DNA from: an uncultured Haloferula sp.
Lineage (GTDB): Bacteria; Verrucomicrobiota; Verrucomicrobiia; Verrucomicrobiales; Akkermansiaceae
DNA: 64,000 nt
Assembly: GCA_965652295.1 (NCBI GenBank)
Contig: CBFGTS010000011.1
Location: 64,001-128,000 of the forward strand
Reading direction: 5' to 3'
Program-made: the position numbers and the translations under genes
Notes under the pieces: model-generated
The model's input: only the letters and a program-made list of their open reading frames with translations
What the model was told of the DNA's origin: nothing
Database searches by the model: none
Part shown: one piece after another, positions 47,636 through 57,589 of the stretch
Layout of the letters: each line of letters starts with the position of its first letter
Numbering within the stretch: the stretch's first letter is position 1

Positions 47636-49255
47636 ATGGCATCTCCTTCCTCCACCTTCGCGACCACCGGTCGCTCCCGCACCGGCGAGCCGCTCGTTTG
47701 GCTCACCGCCGCGGGTCTTGCCATCGGCGTCATCCTCACCCTCGGTCTGCTCGGGCTGGTGGTGGTGAAAGGGCTTGAGACCTTCTGGCCGGGTCGGCTC
47801 GCGGTTTGGCAGATCGAGCGCGCGGGGCAGACGGAGCGGATCGCCGGCTACGAAGTGCAGGAACGTTTCCGCCGCGAACTGGACGGAACCCAGCATGCGG
47901 AAATCCAGGTATTTCGCGGCAACGCGGAACTCTTCGGGGAGAAGTTCGTCTATCTCGACGAGGCGGACGTGCTCGACGTGACGGCGCCGGACGATCTTCT
48001 GCTCGTCGAACGGCTGGAAGGCGGCCTGGTGATCGGGCGGGCGAAGGCGATCGAGATCGGCGGCGAGTCGATTGAACCGGGTGCCGGGAACTTCGAGGAC
48101 CATCTGGAGGCGCTGATCGAGGAGAACGAGAAGCGACGAGAGGAGCTCAAGGAAATCGAGAAGCACGAAATCGGTCGCAACGCGAAGCTGGTGAAAGAGC
48201 TCCGGCTGCGCGAGAAGCTTGAGGGCGGAAGCGAGCGGACGAGTAAAGCGCTGGCTGCGTTGCAGCAGGAGTTCGAGAGACTCGACGACCAGCGAGGCGA
48301 GATTCGCGAAGAACTTGAGGCGGAGCATTTTGTGATCGAAGCCATCGACGGCCGCGAGATCCGGATCGCCGGAGGAGATCTTCTTCATGTGTTCGCACCC
48401 AACGAAGCGGGCTTTTTCGGTCGACTCGGCGAAATGTGCCGTCGGATCTGGAGCTTCCTTACCACCGATCCGCGCGAGGCGAACACGGAAGGCGGGGTTT
48501 ATCCCGCGATCTTCGGAACGGTGGTCATGACGCTGGTGATGAGCGTCTTCGTGACGCCCTTCGGAGTGATCGCGGCGATCTATTTGCGCGAGTATGCCAA
48601 GCAGGGACCGTTGGTTCGGGCGGTGCGGATTTCGGTGAACAACCTCGCCGGCGTTCCTTCGATCGTCTTCGGCGTGTTCGGGCTCGCGTTCTTCATTTAT
48701 TTCGTCGGCGGAGTGGTGGACGACTGGTTTTTCCCGACCAGCGAGGAACCCGTCTACAAGAGCGGCGGCATCCTTTGGGCGTCGCTAACGCTCGCCCTGC
48801 TCACGGTGCCGGTGGTGATCGTCGCCACCGAGGAAGCGCTCGCCGCCGTTCCGCGGGGTGTGCGGGAAGCGGCCCTGGCATCCGGAGCCTCCAAATGGCA
48901 GGCGATCCAGCGCGTGGTCCTGCCTGCCTCCCTCCCGGGCATCCTCACCGGCGTGATTCTCGCCATGGCGCGCGGGGCGGGGGAGGTCGCGCCGCTGATG
49001 CTGGTGGGCGTGGTGAAAAGCGCGCCGGACCTGCCGATCGATGGCACCGCTCCGTTCATCCACGCGGAGCGCCAGTTCATGCACCTCGGTTTCCATATCT
49101 ACGATCTCGGTTTCCAGTCGCCGGACTCCGAGGCGGCGAAGCCGATGGTTTTCGCCACGACACTCCTTCTCATCGCGATCGTGGTGGTGATGAATCTCAG
49201 CGCGATCATCATTCGCAACCGCCTCCGCAAAAAGTACGCCACCAGTAGTTTCTGA
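47636..49255 (+). CDS. pstA: Phosphate ABC permease PstA with N-terminal extension
   Basis: [31 protein letters not shown]. Confidence 0.92.
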   Translation: MASPSSTFATTGRSRTGEPLVWLTAAGLAIGVILTLGLLGLVVVKGLETFWPGRLAVWQIERAGQTERIAGYEVQERFRRELDGTQHAEIQVFRGNAELFGEKFVYLDEADVLDVTAPDDLLLVERLEGGLVIGRAKAIEIGGESIEPGAGNFEDHLEALIEENEKRREELKEIEKHEIGRNAKLVKELRLREKLEGGSERTSKALAALQQEFERLDDQRGEIREELEAEHFVIEAIDGREIRIAGGDLLHVFAPNEAGFFGRLGEMCRRIWSFLTTDPREANTEGGVYPAIFGTVVMTLVMSVFVTPFGVIAAIYLREYAKQGPLVRAVRISVNNLAGVPSIVFGVFGLAFFIYFVGGVVDDWFFPTSEEPVYKSGGILWASLTLALLTVPVVIVATEEALAAVPRGVREAALASGASKWQAIQRVVLPASLPGILTGVILAMARGAGEVAPLMLVGVVKSAPDLPIDGTAPFIHAERQFMHLGFHIYDLGFQSPDSEAAKPMVFATTLLLIAIVVVMNLSAIIIRNRLRKKYATSSF

Positions 49256-50016
49256 TGCCCCGCGAAGATTTCATCGCCGTTGACCGCTTCAGCTTCTTCT
49301 ACGGACAGAAGCAGGCGCTCTATGACATCGACATGGCGATTCCCGAGCGCCAGGTGACCGCCCTGATCGGCCCGTCCGGTTGTGGCAAGTCCACGCTGCT
49401 GCGGAACATGAACCGCATGAACGACCTGATCGACGGGGTGCGTCACCAGGGGGACATCCGCCTGAATGGCCACAGCCTCTATGATCCGAAGGTCGAAGTG
49501 ATTTCCCTGCGCAAGCGGGTGGGCATGGTGTTCCAGAAATACAACCCGTTCGCGAAATCGATCTACGAAAACGTCGTCTTCAGCCTCCGCGTGGCGGGCC
49601 GCAACCGCAGGAAGGAACTGGATGAAGTGGTCGAGCGCTCGCTGCGTTCCGCGGCCCTGTGGGACGAGGTGAAGGACCGGCTTCACGAAAGCGCCTTCGG
49701 GCTTTCCGGCGGCCAGCAACAGCGCCTTTGCATCGCCCGGGCGATCGCCAACCAGCCGGAGATCCTCCTGATGGACGAGCCTTGTGCGGCGCTGGATCCG
49801 ACCGCCACGCTCAAGATCGAGTCGTTGATCCGCGAGCTGAAGGAGCAATTCACGATCGTGATCGTGACCCACAACATGGAGCAGGCCACCCGCTGTTCCG
49901 ACCGCACCGCCTTCCTCTACATGGGCCGCTTGATCGAGTATGGCCCCACTCTCGAGGTGTTCGAGAACCCGAAGCAGGAGGACACCGAAGCCTACATTTC
50001 AGGACGATTCAGTTGA
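49255..50016 (+). CDS. pstB: Phosphate ABC ATP-binding protein PstB (copy 1)
   Basis: [33 protein letters not shown]. Confidence 0.93.
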   Translation: MPREDFIAVDRFSFFYGQKQALYDIDMAIPERQVTALIGPSGCGKSTLLRNMNRMNDLIDGVRHQGDIRLNGHSLYDPKVEVISLRKRVGMVFQKYNPFAKSIYENVVFSLRVAGRNRRKELDEVVERSLRSAALWDEVKDRLHESAFGLSGGQQQRLCIARAIANQPEILLMDEPCAALDPTATLKIESLIRELKEQFTIVIVTHNMEQATRCSDRTAFLYMGRLIEYGPTLEVFENPKQEDTEAYISGRFS

Positions 50017-50798
50017 TGAGCGAGCATTCTCCAACGAGCCCGGACGTGGCCATCGCCGTCGAGGATCTGGATTTCTGCTACGGCAGTTCACGCGCATTGA
50101 AGGAGATTTCCTTCGACATTCGAAGCCGGGAGATCGTCGCCTTCATCGGACCTTCCGGCTGTGGTAAATCGACACTCCTCCGTTGTTTCAACCGCATGAA
50201 CGACCTCGTGCCCGGAGCGCGGGTGACCAAGGGAACGATCCACATCGACGGCCACGAGATCCACCGCCCGGAAGTCGATCCCGTGGAGCTGCGGCGACGG
50301 GTGGGGATGGTGTTCCAGAAGAGCAATCCGTTCCCGCGCTCGATCTATGAGAACGTCGCCTACGGCCCACGCCTCTCCGGAGTTTCCGACAAGAGCGAGC
50401 TGGATCCGGTCGTCGAGAACGCCCTGCGTGGCGCGGCGCTGTGGGATGAAGTCAAGGACCGCCTTCATGAGAGTGCCTTCGGTCTCTCCGGTGGCCAGCA
50501 GCAGCGTCTCTGCATCGCCCGCACGATCGCGGTGAAGCCGGAAATCGTGCTGATGGACGAGCCCTGCTCGGCGCTCGATCCGGTCGCCACCGCGAAAGTC
50601 GAGGAACTCATCCTGGAGCTGAAGCGGGACTACACGATCGTGATCGTGACCCACAACATGCAGCAGGCGACCCGAATCTCCGACCGGACCGCTTTCTTCT
50701 ATCTGGGAGAGCTGGTTGAATTTGACGATACCACGACGATTTTCTCCAAACCCAAACGTTCCGAGACCGAGGACTACGTCACCGGGCGCTTCGGTTGA
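50016..50798 (+). CDS. pstB: Phosphate ABC ATP-binding protein PstB (copy 2)
   Basis: [39 protein letters not shown] overlap with copy 1. Confidence 0.93.
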   Translation: MSEHSPTSPDVAIAVEDLDFCYGSSRALKEISFDIRSREIVAFIGPSGCGKSTLLRCFNRMNDLVPGARVTKGTIHIDGHEIHRPEVDPVELRRRVGMVFQKSNPFPRSIYENVAYGPRLSGVSDKSELDPVVENALRGAALWDEVKDRLHESAFGLSGGQQQRLCIARTIAVKPEIVLMDEPCSALDPVATAKVEELILELKRDYTIVIVTHNMQQATRISDRTAFFYLGELVEFDDTTTIFSKPKRSETEDYVTGRFG

Positions 50799-50812
50799 TT
50801 CCCCATACTGCC

Positions 50813-51529
50813 ATGCCTCCGAATACTCCGCACATCATCCGTGAATTCGACGATTCGATCCGCAAGCTCGCGGACAGCGTCATTTCCATGGGAAACCAAA
50901 GCCGACTGAACGTGCAGCGGGCGATCGAGGCGCTTCTCCAGAGAGACCTCGACCGCTGCAAGGCGGTGATCGCGGATGACAACGACGTCGATGAGGCGGA
51001 ACGTTCGGTCGATGCCATGGGGATGGACATCCTGCTCCGTTATCACCCGGTGGCGCGCGACCTGCGGTTGGTGATCACCTCGATGAAGGCGGCGGCCAGC
51101 CTTGAGAGGATTTCCGATCACGCGGTGAACATCGCCAAGCGCGCGAAGAAGATGCTGGGCAAGGAGGAGGTGCGGGAGGTGCGGCTGATCGAGCCGGTCT
51201 TCCACATGGCGGACGAGCTTTTACGCGACGCGCTGGCTGCCTTTGCGGATCGCGATTCGAAGACAGGGCGCGACCTCCGGGGGCGCGACAAGGAACTCGA
51301 TCGCGCCCACAAGAGGGTCATGGCCAGTCTGAGCGAACTTCTCGAAGAAGGCGGCGAGCATTCGGAAAGCTATCTCCACCTGATTTTCGTTGTCCGCTCG
51401 CTTGAGCGCGTTGGCGATCTTGCGGTGAACATCGGCGAAGACGCCGTGTTTCTCGATGTCGCGGAAGACATCCGCTACGGACACCGGAGAAACCGCTCCG
51501 GTTCCGAAGACGAGGAGAGCGACGCCTGA
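50813..51529 (+). CDS. phoU: Phosphate signalling complex protein PhoU
   Basis: PVARDLR, LERISDHAVNIA, LERVGDLAVNIGE. Confidence 0.92.
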   Translation: MPPNTPHIIREFDDSIRKLADSVISMGNQSRLNVQRAIEALLQRDLDRCKAVIADDNDVDEAERSVDAMGMDILLRYHPVARDLRLVITSMKAAASLERISDHAVNIAKRAKKMLGKEEVREVRLIEPVFHMADELLRDALAAFADRDSKTGRDLRGRDKELDRAHKRVMASLSELLEEGGEHSESYLHLIFVVRSLERVGDLAVNIGEDAVFLDVAEDIRYGHRRNRSGSEDEESDA

Positions 51530-51561
51530 CACGTCCGGCAGACGTCGGGGGGAGCATTCGC

Positions 51562-51747
51562 TCAGTTCTTTTTCCGGGGTTTGCCCTTTCGTTTGGTGGA
51601 GGCCATGTCCTCGAGCTGATCTTCGTTCATCGACTCGTACATTCCTTTCGAGGCTCCTTTGAGGGACTTCTTCGGCGCGTCCCCCCGCTTGGCGGACAAG
51701 GCGGCTCCGGCGGCTTTCTGCTGCTGTTTTGATTTGGCTTTCATCAT
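51562..51747 (-). CDS. DUF3008 family small basic protein
   Basis: AKSKQQQKAAGAALSAKRG...LKGASKGMYESMNEDQLEDMASTKRKGKP. Confidence 0.85.
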   Translation of the reverse strand: MMKAKSKQQQKAAGAALSAKRGDAPKKSLKGASKGMYESMNEDQLEDMASTKRKGKPRKKN

Positions 51748-51773
51748 GAAGAACTGGGTTGAGGGAAGGCTGG

Positions 51774-51789
51774 CGCAGGGGGTGTGCCG
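51774..51789 (-). promoter_or_regulatory. Sigma54 -24/-12 motif upstream of DUF3008
   Basis: CGGCACA-CCCC-CTGCG. Confidence 0.5.
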
Positions 51790-51908
51790 GGCCCCGTGGC
51801 TTGAATCGCGGCCCATGGCGATGGATCAGGCGCTGCATTTCGCCATGCTGGAGATGCAGATCGCGTGCGGGAGTGGCGTGTTGGCGGCGTGGAAGCGCGT
51901 TTTACGGC

Positions 51909-51924
51909 GGGCATGAGGATTGCG
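51909..51924 (+). promoter_or_regulatory. Sigma54 -24/-12 motif upstream of ku
   Basis: GGGCATG-AGGA-TTGCG. Confidence 0.55.
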
Positions 51925-51934
51925 GTGGAGGTGG

Positions 51935-52813
51935 ATGGCCCGCTCGATTTGGAAAGGCTCCATCGCGTTCGGTTTGGTGAACATCCCGGTGTCTCTCACG
52001 TCCGCTGAATCGCGTCCGGATGTGCATCTGCACATGGTGGACAGCCGCAATCACGCACGCATCCGTTATGAGCGGGTCAATGCGGACACCGGCGAGGAGG
52101 TGCCGTGGGATCGGATCGTCAAAGCCTACGAGTACGATGACGGCCAGTTCATCCTGCTTTCGGAAGAGGAACTCGACGCGGTGCAGCCGAAGCTGACCAA
52201 GACGATCGAGATCAGCGATTTCGTGGCGTTGGAGGAGATCGATCCGTTGCTTTTCGACAAACCCTATTACCTGGAGCCCGAGAAGCGGGGCCGGAAGGCT
52301 TATGCCTTGTTGCGCGAGGCCCTGCGCAAAAGCGGCCGGGCGGGGATCTCGCGGGTGGTGATCCGCACGCGGGAATACCTCTCCGCGATGTTTGTGCGGG
52401 ACGATGCGCTGGTGCTCATGCTGCTGCGGTTTCCGCAGGAGCTGAGAGCGATCGGTAAACTGGATCTTCCTGCGGCCGATTCGAAAGAATGGAAGCCCGC
52501 GACGCGGGAGATGGATCTTGCCCTGCGTCTCATCGATGAGATGACCACCGCCTGGAAACCCGAGGATTTTCACGATGAATACCGCGAGGCGCTGATGGAC
52601 TTCATCGAGACGAAGATCGAGAAGGGAGATGCCGTGGCGGACGTGAAGGAAGGCACCGAAGAGCGGGAGCCGAGCGCCAACGTGGTCGATCTCGCAGCCT
52701 ACCTGGAAAAGAGCGTGAAGGAACGTGGAGGCAAGAAGTCTGCAAAGAAATCTTCAAAGAAGACCACAAAGCATGCCGCCAAGAAAGCCCGCAAGAAGAC
52801 CAAGTCGGCTTGA
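51935..52813 (+). CDS. ku: Non-homologous end joining protein Ku
   Basis: ARSIWKGSIAFGLVNIPV, KPYYLEP, AYALLREAL; Lys-rich tail. Confidence 0.95.
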   Translation: MARSIWKGSIAFGLVNIPVSLTSAESRPDVHLHMVDSRNHARIRYERVNADTGEEVPWDRIVKAYEYDDGQFILLSEEELDAVQPKLTKTIEISDFVALEEIDPLLFDKPYYLEPEKRGRKAYALLREALRKSGRAGISRVVIRTREYLSAMFVRDDALVLMLLRFPQELRAIGKLDLPAADSKEWKPATREMDLALRLIDEMTTAWKPEDFHDEYREALMDFIETKIEKGDAVADVKEGTEEREPSANVVDLAAYLEKSVKERGGKKSAKKSSKKTTKHAAKKARKKTKSA

Positions 52814-55106
52814 GGCCTATCAGGGCAAGCGCGACTTCAAGCAGACGCCTGAACCGGCTCCCGGAAGAGAGCGGGCGGGGGGGCGGAGCTTCGTGATCCA
52901 TGAGCACCATGCGCGTTCACACCACTTCGATCTGCGTTTGGAAATGCATGGCGTCCTGGCGAGTTGGGCGGTGCCGAAAGGGGTTCCGGAAGAGGGCGGT
53001 TCCAAGCGGCTGGCGATTCAGGTCGAGGACCATCCGCTCGAATACGGCTCCTTCGAAGGAGAGATTCCCAAGGGAAACTACGGTGCCGGAAAGGTGGAAA
53101 TTTGGGATCGCGGCGAGTGGGAGCCGATCGGCGACGACTGGGAGCGGAGCCTCAAGCGCGGGAAGCTGAAATTCCGGATGCGGGGCGGGCGGCTTGACGG
53201 GAATTGGCTGCTGACGCGGATGGACGACGACGGGCCGAACTGGTTGCTGAGGCGGATTGGCGGCACGGCGGCAGTCGAAGCGACGGTGCCGGGGGAGGAG
53301 GAAACCGCCGGATTCCTCGAGCCTCAGCTTGCCCGGCCGGTGGCGACGGTTCCGCGTGACGCCGGCTGGGTGCACGAGCTGAAGTACGACGGCTACCGTT
53401 TGATCGCGGTGAGGAGGCACGGGAAGGTGCGGCTTTTCACCCGCAGCCAACTCGATTGGACCGAGAGATTTCCGACGGTGGCGGAAGCGATCGCGGGCCT
53501 GCCCGGCGGGGATCTGGTGGTGGACGGCGAGGCGGTGGTTTTCGACCGGGAGGGGCGGACGAGCTTCGGCATGCTGCAGGATGCTTTGACGAGGGCGACG
53601 GAAAAGATCGAGTTCGTGGTGTTCGACCTCCTGCACGCGGACGGCCGGAGCTTGCGGGACCTGCCGCTTGAGGAACGTCAGCACCGCCTTGCGGGGTTGA
53701 TCCCTGAAGGGGAGGGCACGCTTTCGTTGTCGCGGGTGTGGCCGGGGGGGGAAGGGCCGTCGTTGTTTCGGCAGGCGTGCAAGTTGGGGCTTGAGGGCAT
53801 CATCAGCAAGCAAGCCGGCGGACGCTACCTTGCCGGGCAGCGCAAGGCGTGGGGGAAATCCAAATGCCGGGCTCGGCAGGAGTTCGTGGTTTGCGGCTTC
53901 ACCGATCCGCAGGGCTCCCGCACGCACTTCGGGGCGGTGGTTCTCGGAACCTATGAACACGGAGAACTGGTGCCGCGCGGGAAGGTCGGGACCGGTTTCA
54001 ATGAGGCCTCGCGGGAAATGCTTCTATCCCGTCTGGAGCCGTTGCGGACGAAACAGAAGCACTTCCCGGACATGAGGGGCGTCCACTGGGTCGAGCCGGA
54101 GGTGGTGATCGAAGTGGAGTTCGCCGAGCTGACCGGCAGTGGTGCCGTGCGGCAGGGCAGCTTCGTGGGACTCCGGGAAGACAAGCCGGCGGCGGCGGTG
54201 CATGTCGAGGGTCCGGATCTGGGGTCGACCGCGAAGGACAAACCCATCGTGGCCGGCCAGGTCGTGAGTCATCCGAACCGCGTGGTGTATCCTGGAGAGG
54301 GTATTACCAAGCTTGAGGTGGCGCGGTTCTTCGAGCGTATGGCGGAATGGATGCTGCCGCACGTGGCGGAGCGGCCGCTCGCACTGCTGCGAGCGCCGGA
54401 GGGGCTCGCAGGGCAGACGTTCTTCCAGAAGTCCTTCAAGAATAGCGTGCCGGAGCACGTCAGCCAGAAAACCTTGGAGGATGGGACGGAGGTGATCGTG
54501 ATCCGCGATGTCGAGGGGCTGGTATCGTTGGCCCAACACGGGACTTTGGAGATCCACCCTTGGTTGGCTTCGGCGGCGCAGCCCGAGCGCCCCGACCAGG
54601 TGATCTGGGACCTCGATCCCCACAAGAGCGTGCCGTGGAAGGAAACGCTCGGGACCGCCGTGGTCCTGCGGGATTTCCTGAGGGACCGCGGGCTCGATCC
54701 CGTGGTCAAACTATCGGGAGGAAAGGGCGTGCACGTCGTGCTCGTGGTGACACGGCGGCAACCGTGGAGCGTGATGAAGCCCTTCGCCAAACGCGTCGCC
54801 CAGGAAGTGGCGGAACTCAACCCACGACGACTCACCACCGTAGCGAGTCTGTCGAAGCGGGAGGGGAAGATCTACATCGACTGGCTGCGCAACGGCCGCG
54901 GCGCGACCTGCGTCGCACCGTGGTCGCTGCGCGCCCGTCCCGGGGCCACCGTGGCCGCACCGCTGGACTGGAGCGACCTTGGCGGGGCGGACCCCGGGAG
55001 TTTCACGCTGCGTTCCGCCTTCGAGTTGCCGGATGAGTGGCGGGAGCTGAGACCCCAGACGGTGCCGGTCGCCCTGTTGCGTGAACTGGGAGTGGATCCG
55101 GAGTGA
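52773..55106 (+). CDS. ligD: DNA ligase D (phosphoesterase, ligase and polymerase domains)
   Basis: HHARSHHFDLRLE, SWAVPKG, HELKYDGYR, LEGIISK, WDLDP, SGGKGVH, IYIDWLRNGRG. Confidence 0.95.
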   Translation: MPPRKPARRPSRLEAYQGKRDFKQTPEPAPGRERAGGRSFVIHEHHARSHHFDLRLEMHGVLASWAVPKGVPEEGGSKRLAIQVEDHPLEYGSFEGEIPKGNYGAGKVEIWDRGEWEPIGDDWERSLKRGKLKFRMRGGRLDGNWLLTRMDDDGPNWLLRRIGGTAAVEATVPGEEETAGFLEPQLARPVATVPRDAGWVHELKYDGYRLIAVRRHGKVRLFTRSQLDWTERFPTVAEAIAGLPGGDLVVDGEAVVFDREGRTSFGMLQDALTRATEKIEFVVFDLLHADGRSLRDLPLEERQHRLAGLIPEGEGTLSLSRVWPGGEGPSLFRQACKLGLEGIISKQAGGRYLAGQRKAWGKSKCRARQEFVVCGFTDPQGSRTHFGAVVLGTYEHGELVPRGKVGTGFNEASREMLLSRLEPLRTKQKHFPDMRGVHWVEPEVVIEVEFAELTGSGAVRQGSFVGLREDKPAAAVHVEGPDLGSTAKDKPIVAGQVVSHPNRVVYPGEGITKLEVARFFERMAEWMLPHVAERPLALLRAPEGLAGQTFFQKSFKNSVPEHVSQKTLEDGTEVIVIRDVEGLVSLAQHGTLEIHPWLASAAQPERPDQVIWDLDPHKSVPWKETLGTAVVLRDFLRDRGLDPVVKLSGGKGVHVVLVVTRRQPWSVMKPFAKRVAQEVAELNPRRLTTVASLSKREGKIYIDWLRNGRGATCVAPWSLRARPGATVAAPLDWSDLGGADPGSFTLRSAFELPDEWRELRPQTVPVALLRELGVDPE

Positions 55107-55180
55107 ACCATCTGCATTCCGCCCGTGCAGATTGCGCGGGGGTAGGAGCACTCATTCACGAGAATATCCCGATTTCCCTG

Positions 55181-55196
55181 CGGCACGACGGATGCG
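55181..55196 (+). promoter_or_regulatory. Sigma54 -24/-12 motif upstream of the ferritin-like gene
   Basis: CGGCACG-ACGG-ATGCG. Confidence 0.55.
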
Positions 55197-55207
55197 GGAG
55201 AGGCTCC

Positions 55208-56173
55208 ATGTCACGCGATCTCCATGATGAACTCCGCCAGTACCTCAGCGACCTTTATTCCATGGAACTCCAGGCGCTGGCCCAACTGGAGACGGCACCG
55301 GGTATGGCAGGGGAGAGAGGCTTGTCCGCGGATCTGAGCACTCATTTCGCCGAAACCGAAGGTCAGGCCGAGCGGGTCCGCGAGCGACTGGAGGCAGCCG
55401 GCGGGTCTCCTTCCGCGGTGAAGGATGCGGTCATGAAACTCGGTGGAAAGGCGTTCCTGCTTTTCGCCAAGGTTCAGGACGAAACTCCGGGTCGCCTGCT
55501 GGTGCACTCCTATTCGTATGAGGCGATGGAATGGGCGGGTTACGGGGTGCTGGAGAACCTGGCAAGGCGGGCCGGGGATGAGTCCACCGCGACGATGGCA
55601 CGGGAAATCCGGGCTGAAGAACGGATGATGATGGATCGGCTGGAGTCACGGTTTTCTCCGGTGGAAGCCCTGGCCCATGAGAGCAAGCCTCCTGCCGAAA
55701 TGGGCGACCATCTGCACCAGCACCTCGCTGAGGCGCACGCACTGTTCGCCCAGAACATCGAGGTGATGGAACAGGGCGAGAAGGCCTCCGGCGGTGACCT
55801 CGGTGGCGTGTACCGCCGAGGTGCGGAGATGGCCGAGCTGCATCTCCACAAGTTCCGCGACCAGCTCAAGCGTCTCGGGGCCGAACCCTCGTGGATCGAA
55901 GACGTCGCGATGAAGATCGGCGGCCTCAACTGGGGGGTGTTCTTCCGCAGTCAGAAGGACACGCCAGCCAAGCTCCTCTGTTTCGCCTACGCCGTGGAGC
56001 ACCTCGTCATCGGAGGTCTGGAGATGCTTGAACGAACGGCGCGGCGCGCAGGCGATGCCTCGACCGAGCGGCTCTGCGGCGAGACGATCGCGGAAAAGCG
56101 CGAATTGGCCGGCAAGCTGGTCGAGCACATGGATCCCGCGGTGTCCGCGACGCTGGGAATCACCTCCGACTGA
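55208..56173 (+). CDS. Tandem-duplicated ferritin-like (DUF892/YciE-F-like) protein
   Basis: YLSDLYSMELQA, HFAETEGQAERV, YSYEAMEWAGY; internal repeat MKLGG...TPGRL...ARRAGD vs MKIGG...TPAKL...ARRAGD. Confidence 0.8.
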   Translation: MSRDLHDELRQYLSDLYSMELQALAQLETAPGMAGERGLSADLSTHFAETEGQAERVRERLEAAGGSPSAVKDAVMKLGGKAFLLFAKVQDETPGRLLVHSYSYEAMEWAGYGVLENLARRAGDESTATMAREIRAEERMMMDRLESRFSPVEALAHESKPPAEMGDHLHQHLAEAHALFAQNIEVMEQGEKASGGDLGGVYRRGAEMAELHLHKFRDQLKRLGAEPSWIEDVAMKIGGLNWGVFFRSQKDTPAKLLCFAYAVEHLVIGGLEMLERTARRAGDASTERLCGETIAEKRELAGKLVEHMDPAVSATLGITSD

Positions 56174-56241
56174 GGCCGGATGAACAAACTCCGGTGAACG
56201 AAGCGCTTGATCGGAGACCCAGCTGCATGAAACTCTTTCCA

Positions 56242-56934
56242 ATGAAGCCTTTCTCCTCTCTCGTCGCGGCCATTGCTCTGATCGCCCCTGCATTCTCCCA
56301 GAGCGCGGAGCAGATCATGGAGCGGGCCCGGATCGGAGCCACGCTCCAGAACGCCGATCTGAGGGGGGAAATCGACGGCCCGCGTGGAGACACGGATGTA
56401 TCCCTCTTCCTTCGCGGCAAGGATATCCAGATTGCCTTGGAGAACGGGGCGCAGCGGTTTCACATGCGGCTGGGGGACGATCAGTACGATCTGTTCGAGA
56501 TCATCAACGGCAAGACGACCCGTTTTCCCGATGCGAAACTCCAGCAGCCGATCGCCGGGAGCGATCTGACCTACGAGGACCTCTCGTTCCGCTTTCTCTA
56601 CTGGCCGAAGCCACAGTTGGAAGGCAGCGAGCGGGTCGGCACGCGGGACAGCTGGAAGATCCGGGTCGATAATCCCAGCCGCAAGGGGGCCTACTCGGTC
56701 GTCTACGTGTGGGTGGACAAGGAATACGGTGCGTTCATGAAGGTCGAAGGTTTCGATAGGAGCGGGAAGCGGATCAAACGCTTCCAAGTGCGCGACGTGA
56801 TGAAAATCGGAGACGGCAACTGGACGCTGAAGAAGATGAAGGTCTCGACGATGAACGGAGATCGCGCCGTGTCGAACAGCGAGCTGGAGTTCGACAAGCA
56901 GGACCACCACCGCAAGCCCGGCGGGCTGCGCTGA
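56242..56934 (+). CDS. Outer membrane lipoprotein-sorting (LolA-like) protein
   Basis: Signal peptide; IAGSDLTYEDL motif; beta-rich C-terminal half. Confidence 0.75.
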   Translation: MKPFSSLVAAIALIAPAFSQSAEQIMERARIGATLQNADLRGEIDGPRGDTDVSLFLRGKDIQIALENGAQRFHMRLGDDQYDLFEIINGKTTRFPDAKLQQPIAGSDLTYEDLSFRFLYWPKPQLEGSERVGTRDSWKIRVDNPSRKGAYSVVYVWVDKEYGAFMKVEGFDRSGKRIKRFQVRDVMKIGDGNWTLKKMKVSTMNGDRAVSNSELEFDKQDHHRKPGGLR

Positions 56935-56938
56935 GCCC

Positions 56939-57565
56939 TCAGTGGAGGAACTTCAGCCCTACGATCCCGAGCACGACCAGCAGGCCGAAGGCGAGAAAAC
57001 ACCATTCCAGGTGCTTCTCGATGAACGGACGAACGGTAGGGCCGCAGAGCCGGATGATACCGGCCACGACGAAGAACCTGAACCCGCGCCCGAGGATCGA
57101 GGCGGCGATGAGCAGTGGCAGGTTGTAGGTCATCATGCCGGAGAAAATCGTGAACACCTTGTAGGGAATCGGCGTGATGGCGGCGATCAGGATGCCCCAG
57201 AAACCAAAGGTGCCGTACCAGTCCTCGATCTGCGCGCGGACTTTCCCGGTGTCGTCGAAGAAATTGAGCAGCGGAAGAGCCACGCTTTCCCGCAGACCCC
57301 AGCCGATCAGCCAGCCGGCGATGCCCCCCAGCACCGAGCCTGCGGTGCAGATCAACGCGTAGCGGGCCCACTTTTTCCGGGCGCCGAAGCACAGGGCGAG
57401 CAGCAGGACATCCGGCGGGATGGGAAAAAACGATGACTCGGCGAAGGCGATGGCAAACAGCGCACGATCCCCGCCGGGGCGGTCGGCCCACGAGATGGTC
57501 CACGCGTAGAGACGGCGGATGAGACCTTGTTTGGCGGGCGCGGCGGCGGTGGATTCGTCGGACAT
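56939..57565 (-). CDS. YqaA/DedA family membrane protein
   Basis: AFAESSFFPIPPDVLL, ITPIPYKVFTI, GRGFRFF. Confidence 0.9.
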   Translation of the reverse strand: MSDESTAAAPAKQGLIRRLYAWTISWADRPGGDRALFAIAFAESSFFPIPPDVLLLALCFGARKKWARYALICTAGSVLGGIAGWLIGWGLRESVALPLLNFFDDTGKVRAQIEDWYGTFGFWGILIAAITPIPYKVFTIFSGMMTYNLPLLIAASILGRGFRFFVVAGIIRLCGPTVRPFIEKHLEWCFLAFGLLVVLGIVGLKFLH

Positions 57566-57589
57566 CAGGAAAGGAAGATCAAAAGGGGA

